A DNA stretch of 62,886 nucleotides, the filler included, from Choristocarpus tenellus KU-1152 (lineage: Eukaryota > Protista > Phaeophyceae): the NCBI GenBank assembly GCA_964200185.2. It is 10 parts of 10 records of this genome, joined end to end, with 100 filler letters (N's around TTAATTAATTAA, not from the genome) between each part and the next. Parts side by side here need not be neighbours in the genome. Positions count along the whole stretch, not along the records: positions 47,274 to 52,632 come from CAXNAD020011046.1; positions 52,733 to 57,398 come from CAXNAD020013549.1; positions 57,499 to 62,886 come from CAXNAD020010950.1; 7 more parts are not named here. One strand, written 5' to 3'. The notes under the pieces were generated by a model, which saw nothing but the letters and a program-made list of their open reading frames with translations, searched no databases and had not been told where the DNA came from. This document shows, piece by piece, positions 52,316-62,886 of this stretch (its first letter is position 1; every line of letters starts with the position of its first letter). The translations under genes were made by a program, and so were the position numbers.

Positions 52316-52500
52316 AACTCATACCACTCACAGTAGAACAGCATAACACGACACCTCATCACACCTCATACCACTCACAGTATAAAAATATAACACCACA
52401 CCTCATCATAACTCATACCACTCACAGCAACACAGTATAACACCACACCTTATCACAACTCATACCACTCACAGCAACACAGTATAACACCACACCTTAC
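52316..52500 (+). repeat. Tandem repeat, ~47 bp x4 (PRMT5 intron)
   Basis: CTCATACCACTCACAG...ATAACACCACACCT units. Confidence 0.9.
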
Positions 52501-53972
52501 CACCAACTGCAGGCTTTCATAGACACAAACCTAGAAATTTCCGGACTAGTCAACCCACCACTACTCCATTATATCCCCCACCCCTTGCCCACGTCTTCCC
52601 CACTACGCTACAATCCCACCACCCACCCCCCCNNNNNNNNNNNNNNNNNNNNNNNNNNNNNNNNNNNNNNNNNNNNTTAATTAATTAANNNNNNNNNNNN
52701 NNNNNNNNNNNNNNNNNNNNNNNNNNNNNNNNCTGATTAGCCGACACACCTAGCCGCAAATTGTCATGGACTGGATCGAGGCAAACAACTTGTTGCGGTT
52801 CTTTCCTCATGTGTGAGACCACCCACATATCTCCAGTATGATGTCAAGCACACCGCAAGTAGGTCAGAGAAGCGGTAAGTATGAACGAACTTTCCTCTAT
52901 AAACTTGATTGATTTTCTTTTTAATCAACCAATAAGAGATCGAGTTCATGCGTCAGACGGATTGATTGACAGTATATAACACGAAAACTGGAAAGGAAGA
53001 AAAATCAGGATGCATCCTCACGTGTCACGTAACGAAGTTGCACCATTCGTCTCATGTGTACACCTCTACCTGTTGTGTTTTGGGTACTCTCATCAGACTG
53101 CAAGATCTATCATCCTATCATATTTTTTTTACTGGCATTGCCCCCTCATAATTCATCCTCCTCACTCTGCACTACGCGTACCTGATACACACCGGGATGA
53201 AATACAATCAGAGTTAAAAACATCATTTGAAACCCTTCTCAGCCAAGGTGACAAGCCTCTCTACAGAGCATGCATTTCTTCATTTCAACATCCCCTACTA
53301 TTCCAATTTCGTGCTTGACTCTATTTGATTCAGTCAATGAACTGAAATCCCAAGGACATATACTCGTGCTACCTGTGGGTCCTAACAAGTCCTAAAAATT
53401 GAGGCCGTGATCCAGTGGTCCCCTGACGTATTCTCTGCTACCAACGATCTTGTTCTCACAGTCTGATGCTGCTGGTAAGCTCTGCTTATCAGACTTTAGA
53501 TGAACTTGTGTGGAAATATGGGCTTGCCGGTAAGGGAGATTTTGCTCATTAGTGAGCCTTGTTCCTCAGTCAAGGATAAGGCAGTATGATGTGATTACAT
53601 GCGTTAACTTATTACCTTGAGTTGCTGCCTACAAGAAGAGAGTGACAGAGCAGAAAAAGGGAGGGGAGCCTGTGTCTCCCACTCAAGTATTTCTGCGGAA
53701 TCCTATTTTAATCAATATGACTTTGAGCTCTGCTGACTATCTGACGTGACTTATTAAACAGTTGTTACTCAAATGGCCTCATTCATCTGTAAACTGGCAC
53801 GTTTGTGTGACCTGTTCACGGATACATGCATATGGATCAGAGTGCATCGTTGAGTGAATCAGAGAGATGCACACGTGTGCGCAACCGAGGTATCATGGAT
53901 CTACCTTCTTTTGTGAGGGAGAACGTAGAACACGACGGATACAGCTGTCCAATAACAACAAACTCAGTCTCT

Positions 53973-54232
53973 GAGCCAAAGTATCTTAGAGGGTAGAGCC
54001 GCGTCCATTTGGGGGCCAAAGTCCTATGTTGCGATTTTGATGTAATTTTGGCTATCGTGTTTGTTAGGAAGTGTCAATATCCTTGTTCTGGACACACCTT
54101 TGCATAACGTATACATTTTGCCTACTCCGAGACATTATGGAGTAGAAAAATGTAAAAAAAAAAACTCATGGGAAGCCAAGCCCCAAATGGACAAACAGGG
54201 CAAAACCTGTACCCTCTAAGATACTTTCACTC
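53973..54232. mobile_element. MITE family A, full copy
   Basis: 260 bp, GAG...CTC termini, opposite orientation to 19885-20143; flanked by TCT/TCT. Confidence 0.85.
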
Positions 54233-56199
54233 TCTACTTGCAACACAATGTTTTAGGAATGATACTGCTGTAGAGTGTTAGGCTTAGGTGTTTGAACTGG
54301 GTGTTTTTATACCTACCGACGGTTTAACGTGTTGAAGACAGGATCCCTCCAGGGAGGTTCTGAAGAATAACAAGGCATACATGGATAACTGGTTCTGAGA
54401 AATCGTATATCTTAGAGTCGACAGCTAGTTACATATTCTACCAAACAGAACACCTTGTTAATTATTTGACAGTTCTACTGAGTGTACCTCGAGGCAGCTG
54501 AGAACTGGGGTGACACAGGAAAAAGGGAAATACTTTGCAAACATGTGTTAAGCACTATGATTCTCGGTTCCCAAGATCCTGCAATGTGTAACCCGTCATT
54601 TTTTTTTATTAATTATGAAGTGTGGATGTAATTTCGGTGTATCGTAGATCATTGATCCCCTTTCCTCGTACACATTCGGTTTTCAACAGGTCGCACCACC
54701 GCGTCGTATCTGCCATGGGTGTAACAATTTATACATACTACTACTGGAATGCGGACTATCAACACTCATGAAATGTGGGAGTTTTCCCAGGATTATATAC
54801 GTAGGGGTACAAAAAACTGTAGTAATTCTCCTCATCGCACTTAAGATGAAAAAAATTATAGGAGAGGAATGCACATGTTATTTTGTGCGGTACTGTGACT
54901 GATTCGTTCCTTGCGAAATGGGGCAGGTTCCACATTTAAATTACCACAACCCGTCCAGGGCAGCAATCATGGAGAGAAAAAAACGAAGTTTATACAACCT
55001 GTACAGAGAGAAGCTCCATTGACTGTCTGTACAAGGGGGAGTATAAGGTGTAGTTCGTATATTCCGTTTTATTACTGTATTACTTTGAAGTATTATATAA
55101 TGTAACTGACAAGTTGTCACAGGTGGTGCTGGGAAGTGATCTCAGTCAGGATTGTTTCTACCCACACACTCAAGTGTTTTGCATTGAAAATTCTTTGTCA
55201 TCATCATGCTGTCACGCTTTGAGCAGCATCAACCATTTGAAGATGTTATGTGATTTTCTGGGGATCTCCAGAACACTTGTGGATGAGAGTCGTAATAGTG
55301 TGACATCCAGCGAACGGATCCGAGATTCAAGATCTCATCTCATCGCAAGCATGATCAATGATCTCTGGGACCCTGTTTCGCTTGTATAGCCTCGTTTACA
55401 CTCACGATGATTAGTCATGCCTTACGACAATGTGAGTAATTGTTGCGTTTCTAATCTATAAAGTCACACATGGGGAAGATTATGAAACAATCAGAGTTTT
55501 GTGGGTGAGAGAATTCTGGAAGGAATAATATATGGGGAATAGAGTGCTGATTAGGGTAAAAAGACAATAACGAGAAGGTGGACGAAGAGTAAGTACTGGA
55601 TGGGTAGGAGGCAGAACAGGTAGGATATATGTTAAATGAAATTGGATGAGAAGTGGAAACATGAGGTAGAAAGGGATGGATCAGAACATAAGGAAAAATT
55701 GAGGTTGGTGGGACAGGTCAAGCAGGGCTAGGACAAGGCAACCTCCGAGCCATCTTTCTCCTCCACCAACACTTTCGATTGCTCACGACCAATTGGGATG
55801 CTGCTGGGAACAGGGAGAGGGAGGTCAAGTTTGGGCGGGGTAGATGTGTTACAGGCGATATGTCTTGATGGCGGTTTCATAAACACCATTATGACATTGA
55901 AGNNNNNNNNNNATATATTTGTACTACTTGATAATTTATTTATTATTTGGTCATTATGGTCCCCGATTGTGATAAGACATCGTGGACCAGTTCCTTTTTA
56001 TACGATGATATTGATGTTAATTCAAGTGAGAGATCCAGCATACCTGACAACTTGTGCATCAGGAGTCCTATACATACATCAGTATCATCTATAGGCCCGT
56101 AGATTGGAGCTATACACCATGTGGAGGTAAGCTTTGAGGGGCGCCTGTAACAGATGTCTTCTAGTTCAAAGGCTCAGTATTGAAGTGGATAATGAAGGG

Positions 56200-56660
56200 G
56201 TGTTCTTGGATTGTTGTTGAGTGGTGTTGAATGGCGTGGTGAAGTGGAAAGTAGAAGAAGGTGTTAGGGTGTTAGGGTGTTGTGGTGTTGTGGTGCTGAG
56301 TGATGTTGAATGGTGGGGTTGAGCGGAAAGTGAGGTTGAGTGGGGTTGAATGGTGTGGTGAAATGGAAAGTGGTGGAAAGTGTTGTGGGGTTGAGTGGGG
56401 TTGAGTGGGGTTGAGTGGGGTTGAATAGTGGGGTGGAGTGGAATGTGGCGGCGACTGGAAGTCAGTGGCCAAGGGATCATATTGGTTAGTCATCAGATGT
56501 GGTTGGTAGATGGAAATCAGTGGCGAAGGGGTTGCACTGGTTGGTCGTCAGGTTTGGTTGGTGACTGGGAATCAGTGATGAAAGGGGTTCGCACTGGTTG
56601 GTCACGGGATAGGCTGGTGACTGGAATTCAGAGACGGAGGGGTCGCACTGGTTGGTCACA
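56200..56660 (+). repeat. G/T-rich minisatellite region
   Basis: (GTTGAGTGGG)n decamers, then about four diverged ~55-bp units containing GCACTGGTTGGTC. Confidence 0.8.
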
Positions 56661-57331
56661 AATGGTGTTACAATTGGGGGGTAGAATAAGTGTAAGGCAA
56701 ACAAATAATTATTATTAATAATCCAGAATTAACGTGCAAAGCAAAAAGAAAATTTAGTGGAGTTACGGTCAATAGATGATATAATCCCGCCTACGACAAA
56801 ATTCTCTGTAACAACGCAGGTGTTCCTGTCTAGACGTGCCATGCGTTTTAAGCTGGAGACACCAGGGAGATAGGCAAGGAGGGGTTTATTACGTTAATGG
56901 GATGCTTCCCTGGGGTGCAGGAGTAGCTATGTCGAAGGCACAGGAAGGGAGTGGTACAGCATAGCGGGTAGTAAGATAGCAAATAGATTGATGTTTCTCA
57001 CATTTATGACAGGTTCCACGATAATGTCTTGGAACAACAACAACCGTATTCTGCGAAGCAGCACTTGCAAGATCCAGATCGTCTTTTACGTACACCCCTT
57101 CATCAGATACTTTCAGTAAATGATATCGTATGGTATCATTTGTTCTGACGTGATACTAAGTATTTATGTTACAGGCGAGTAGTGCAAATATTTATTCTCG
57201 CGCTCTAATCAGTGCGAGCAGTAAATTGATGTAATGCAGTGCCTGATAACCCTAGAAGAGTATATTTCATCGACAGGGGGACAGCTCCTAGGCCTCAGTT
57301 ATGGTATCTTCTTTGTCGTACACCTACAGTG

Positions 57332-57398
57332 AACAGCCGATTTCAAAAATTGAGGATGGAGCTTTTCATTGAGGATGGGCTTGACCCAAAATTGTCTG
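57332..57398. mobile_element. MITE family C, terminal fragment (a diverged end also at ~57655-57711)
   Basis: AACAGCCGATTTCAAAAATTGAGGATGGAGCTTTTCATTGAGGATGGGC at the contig end. Confidence 0.8.
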
Positions 57399-58839
57399 NN
57401 NNNNNNNNNNNNNNNNNNNNNNNNNNNNNNNNNNNNNNNNNNTTAATTAATTAANNNNNNNNNNNNNNNNNNNNNNNNNNNNNNNNNNNNNNNNNNNNGC
57501 AGGGAATACATGTGCATGACGATCTAACGAAATCATTGCCGCCCCCCACACAATGTCCTACTACCACCTTTGGGATGGATTCCCATTCGTAGCGGGGCCC
57601 TTAAAAAGTGCCGCAACACTTACAAAAAAAAACATATGGGCACTTTCCGCGCACCATTTTGGGTCAAACTTCCATAGTATGCTCCATCCTCAATTTTGGC
57701 GAGAGGCTGTTACTTAGGCACTCTTGAATTCTGAATAATAGCTTTACTTCCAGAGTTGTGATCTCAATACTTGGAACTATTATTAAACTAATAGTAGCAC
57801 TTCTGGGTGTACTTCTGAGTTATCTCACCTGAATGAAGCAACATTAGTTTGTACATTTGATTGATATATAACTGATGTACTAGGCAAGTTTCCATTCCAC
57901 TATAACACTCAGGGGGGAGTGATGAAATATGAACAGGACATTCAACTGTATAGGAGCAGTGCAAGGAGACAGTTCAAGCAGTTGAGTCAATACTTAGTAC
58001 CATGTGAATTAAGATATGCTCCTGACTGATGCCGAGTGATGATTGGATAAGAGATACATCTAGAACGTAGAAGAGTCTATATTCCCCTCAAGTGTGTGTG
58101 TTATGTGTACTCTGTATGGTGATTGCGCGGAATGTTGGTGGATGCAGTAATATAATGAAGCTCCTTGAGTGTGCTGCCCCAATAACTGAGTAACATACAT
58201 TGTTATTATCATCAACACCCACCTTTACCACCACAAGCCAAGTTCCAGTACTCAGGTGAAGAAAATAATTGTTCTCACATCTACATGTTTTGTTTTTTTT
58301 GTGCGATTCTAAGACCCAATAACAACATATTATTACGCTGCAAACCATACCGGAGAATACCTATGTATTGGCAAAATTTGAAAAAAGCATGCACCAATTA
58401 CATCATACTAATACGGGCATCTGGAATGCAATACCCACAGAGCAAAAAGCTATTCCAGCAGAACAGGAGAGATGCAAATACTTGATCCTTTGCAGTATTA
58501 CATTCCGTAGAAGGTAAAAAATAAACAAAACACGTCAAGCCAATTGAATTGACTGTGGGAGGTCAAGGAAAGGACTGCTTCACATCTTTCTCGTTCTAGA
58601 ACCTTACAGAAACGTGCATGCATTGACAGCAAAGATCATTACAACAACAACCAACACACTACCAATGAAGTCGGTACTACCATGAACACACACACGAAAA
58701 ACATATCTTGGACAATATATCTTTCCAGGTCTCTATTGCTGCAGCTTTTGGTACACACACTTTTGAGGACAAAGCCTGAATGTACAAGGTGGAGAGGGGA
58801 CAATAGATGAAGCTGCAATGAGCAAGGCATCCAGCAATA

Positions 58840-61800
58840 TCAGTGAGGTTTTGTTGAGCCTGGTGCCAAGCTCAGCGTACGTAGTGCCCCCCCAGTGATT
58901 CCCTGCAGTTCATCGAAGGTTCCATTCTGTACCACCTTGCCCTCACCAATCACCACAACACGATCAGTTACCCTGAGCATATTGATGTGATGGGTAATGA
59001 TGAAACATGTACGTCCTTGCATGAAGTCTAGAACACTCCTCTGCAGAGAGGGGTGGGTGGGTGGATTATTTGGAGATATGTCAGTTTTGGTCTAGAAGTT
59101 ATACATTAGCGTGCCTGGAATCAATAGATTGATGTATGTAACAATTTAAAATGTCTCTCCAAAGCATTGGCATCATTACCAAAAGATGCTGGCACATGTT
59201 TCCTACATGCCAACGTAGACCATCTTTTGCTCACAATGATGTAAAACCCTGACTTGTGAAATCAGGGGTGCAACAAACATGTCCATTGCCCCTCCTCCAC
59301 AATAGTCAGTTGTAACAAGCAAATACAGCAAAGCACACATGGACTACACACTGGTTATCCTGTTACTAAATACAAAACTGTTCAGAGACGTACATGTGGT
59401 GAGTAGGGGGAATTGCCTTCCTCTTGTCTTTCATGACCCCACATCCTCAACACCCACCAGCCCACTAGAATAAGTGCCAGTAAAATATTTATTCCCTTCC
59501 CTGATCCTATCTCCCAGCCTTCCCACTCCACAGGAAGCCTCTCCCCCCTTCGCCTACTCACCTGGACAGTCATTTCTCCTTCCATGTCCAGGGCGCTTGT
59601 GGCCTCATCCAGGATGAGTATTGCTGGATCTGCCAGGACTGCACGTGCTAGTACCAATCGCTGCCTCTGTCCTCCACTGAGTGACTCACCTCTATCCCCT
59701 ACCTGTCGATCCAGTGTTTGTTGACGCGAATGAATTGATGCCACTCATAACCACCCAGAAACATGTCATCACTTCATTACTTTAGGAGAAACTAAATACT
59801 TCAAAGCAAAAGAGACCAAAGCCCTTCGACTCTCCTTACTGCAAGAAACATCCATTGTGAAGTGGACCGAGTCCGGGGGCTAAGGCCAGGGCCAGGTACG
59901 TGTGCGGAGGTGTTAATAGGTGGAGTGGATAAAGGGATGTGAGTGGTAGGTATGAACAAGTGGGACGTTTTGCCCTCACAGAAGAGTATGACACAGTTAA
60001 CAACACCCACAAATCCCTCTTACCACGAAAATCGGAACCTTCCTTTCCATTCGAGGCAATCCTTACTCTGACTCCGTTTTGTAAGCAAAACCTCAAAGAC
60101 GTCCAAGTACATTGTAAAAAACAGGGAGGTTGGAGAAGTGCTGCAACCTCGACTACATGGTGGAAGGTACTGCAGGACAGGAGAACCACCTGTGACATAC
60201 ACAGATGATACCGGCTACTCTCTCCTCTACCTCTATTCATGTGTATCTTACGTTGGAGTAGTAGCCCTCGGGTAGCCTCTCGATGAACTCACTGGCATTA
60301 GTCACTCTGGCAGCTTGTTTGATCTCCTCTATGGTGGCACCTGGTACACCAAAACAAAAATACCACCCACAAAGGGAAAATTGCAAGGGGTGTGGGAGAT
60401 GAGAGGGGTATGCAGGTGAACACAAAATACTTCCTTCTGACATGGACCAGACTCTCTTTCCAGCACAATCGTGAACTATTTCCATCAAGCGCATTCGTTG
60501 TCACACCCGTCCCTTTTGGGGATTGGCCCTTGTGCCTATCCCCGTTGTAGTGGGATAATTTTATGGTATCTGTGGTTCATGAGCCTCAACTGTGTTCAGG
60601 TGGAGTGTTCTTGTTTATGCTGGAGAATACCCCTACCATATACCATGAAACTATATATTTTTTTCATAAAAAAGGGAATGGACCCATAAAATATAGAACA
60701 CTTTACACTCCGGCTTCTAAAAATATAAAAAATAACAACAGCACAGAATGATGTGGTACAACACTCCAGCACACACAGAGAACACAAAAGTATACTCCAG
60801 TATTATACTGCCACATACTTCTTTGGATAACAGCAATAACAACAATAACAATAACGCACCAATTACTCCGTGAGAATCCCACTCCCCTCCAATGCTCTAG
60901 TTCAAACTCAACCTGGTCCCATAACAATCCGTTAACTCATTGTACACCAAAAAGCCCACTAGGTAAAACTCCGATGTGTTCATACTACAAGAAACAACCT
61001 CACACAAAAACACCACACGTACCAGGCCTTCCATAGGCAATATTGTCCCTGATCGTGCCAGCAAAAACAACAGGGTTCTGTCCCACCACGGCCACCTGGC
61101 CCCGAAGCCACCGGGGGTCCAGCACCTTCACGTCCATGCCGTCCACCTCCACTACCCCCCTTGATGGCTCATACATGTGGTCTAGCAGGAAGGACAGAGT
61201 GGACTTTCCTAGGAGGAGGACAATTGCCATTTGGCGGTTGTTTGGTTGGTTTTTGAAGTGGGTGCAGGAGCAGCAGTGGTGTGGGTTTTGGTATGATACG
61301 GTATGGCATTCTGTCAATGCAGGTGGGATACTTCAAGGTAAATGTGTGAGTGATGTCTGCGGCAGTAGATCTTTTCTAAGGTGTGGCTCTTTGAAAACAT
61401 GCACTACTAATATTATCATTACTCTATACATAGGGACCACCTCACCGCATCCACTAGCTCCAGTAATGCCCACCACTTCGCCTGGCTCTACAGTAAGATT
61501 AAATCCTTGAAGGACAGGCACATCCGGACTGGAAGGGTACTGCATAAACCAATTGATTAAAAGTGCAAGAGGAGGGCAGGGGTTAGGACCAGGATGATCG
61601 TCTTACTCTCAGACACTATGAACGGAAGTACTAGCACTATACCTACAGGACACAGAACTATTGTACCAGAGGGAAGGATTGCTCCCTTGAGGGCTAGAAC
61701 TCCAGTGATGATGCAGTCAGACGACAAAGTCTGGTACAAGGTTAGCAGACTTAACTCTGGAGCCCAACAAGCCACAGTTTTGACTTAAGCAAAAGGTCTG

Positions 61801-62886
61801 ACTTGTTCCCACCTTGCCCTCATAACCAGTGTACACAAGACTGCTGCCTAGAGATGCACTCTCCCATGACCTATCAACAACACTAATTCCACGATCCCCT
61901 CACGGCACATCCTCCAAACCAGAACACAAACCCCCTCCCCTACAACAGTCTCGTCTGTCCATTGCTTCAAACCCGCTACTAACATGGAGGAACAAAAAAA
62001 TGCACTGGGATATGCCATTTCAAACAAAGGGGAGCTTAGCTTCCAAACCCGACAGCTTCCGACACATCTCAACACATATAAAAAAAAATCGTCCTCTCTC
62101 TCTCTCTCTCTCTCTCGTGTTGGGCACAAAGTCGGAACGTTTCATGCACTAGGTCAGTACAGTGCTCTTCCAAATATAAGCACAGTGTATACTTGTTAAG
62201 GTAAGGTAAGGGTTCCATTGGTTTGTTTCCGTTTTCTCATGCAACACGTATTGCCACACCCTGAGGACCAACACAAATTGCTGTTGACGTATGAAGAGGG
62301 CTGTTTTTCACAACCGTGCTAAACAAGCCTTCTGTGGACACCATCACCTGATACTGGTCTTGTGAACGACACATCTTAGGACTGTTCAAGCCAGCTATTT
62401 TCTAAGCCTCAGATTGAGGCTCCATTGCAACTTCTTTCATCGACTTCGGTAGTTTGTACATCTTGTCTTGATGTTGTCTTTATGTTGTCTACACCAGGCA
62501 ATTTCTCTTTCATGCATTTTCTCAATGAACACCACACTGTGGAGATCACGCCATCCAAATTTATAGGTAAAATGCACACCTACTACCATCACACCGTTCC
62601 ACCAATCACCAAAACCAATGCCGATCATTGCGACCGATGGAGCACTTACTCTTTCCAACAATAAGACAAAACAGAATTTTCCAATATTTCCACTCCCTCT
62701 TCCTTGTGTTTACCCCCTATGAACTCAACACAACCATCCTCAATCCAACATTAGTATAGTAACATTAGTTGCACTTTCTTTCTCGTGAGTGAGAAAAAAA
62801 GTGTAGATAAATAATACCCCCCCCCCTCCTCCCCCCCCACCCAGAAAAAAACACCTCACTCACTGCAAAGTCGATGCCCTTGAACT
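58840..62886 (-). CDS. ABC transporter, ABCB/MDR-type C-terminal nucleotide-binding domain; last six exons, 5' part outside the window
   Basis: Exons 62886-62864 (FKGIDFA), 61539-61446, 61208-61023, 60340-60252, 59702-59562, 59040-58840; phases match. Walker A GASGCGKST, Q-loop VVGQNP, signature LSGGQRQR, Walker [14 protein letters not shown]-loop IITHH. Confidence 0.93.

Noticed and set aside
51730-52500. 61-bp and 47-bp arrays as possible CRISPR
   Set aside because: Whole units repeat with no unique spacers, there are no cas genes, and they lie in a eukaryotic intron.
18164-57498. Recurring palindrome TTAATTAATTAA flanked by Ns, and ORFs ending in XXXLIN
   Set aside because: Artificial concatenation linker, identical nine times. 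Genes on either side are not neighbours.
1105-62886. Apparent gene cluster (SPP, mannitol dehydrogenase, SHMT, PRMT5, ABC transporter)
   Set aside because: Most of these genes lie on separate contigs joined by linkers, so no pathway clustering can be inferred.

Overview
Eukaryotic, intron-rich nuclear DNA, most likely from a photosynthetic stramenopile (brown alga or close relative). This assignment is inferred from bipartite plastid presequences, TTAGGG telomeric motifs, brown-algal-style LINE motifs and a probable mannitol dehydrogenase. The window is not one locus: ten pieces are concatenated by nine artificial 100-bp linkers (N44-TTAATTAATTAA-N44), so nothing should be inferred across linkers. 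Three complete spliced genes were rebuilt by hand: a 10-exon signal peptide peptidase (A22B), a head-to-head 3-exon Cys-rich plastid protein with a GC-AG intron, and a 3-exon plastid-targeted Mpv17/PMP22 protein. Partial genes are a probable mannitol 2-dehydrogenase, SHMT, a calmodulin-like EF-hand protein, PRMT5 and an ABCB-type transporter. Mobile DNA includes a spliced Sola2-like transposase pseudogene followed by Tudor-like modules, Tc1/mariner fragments, LINE and copia remnants, and four MITE families. The most unusual signal is a dense peppering of introns with very short (TTAGGG)n tracts in both orientations, concentrated in CpG-depleted DNA. One nearby tract is a head-to-head telomeric insert flanked by a perfect 12-bp duplication, which looks like telomerase-assisted repair of chromosome-internal breaks.
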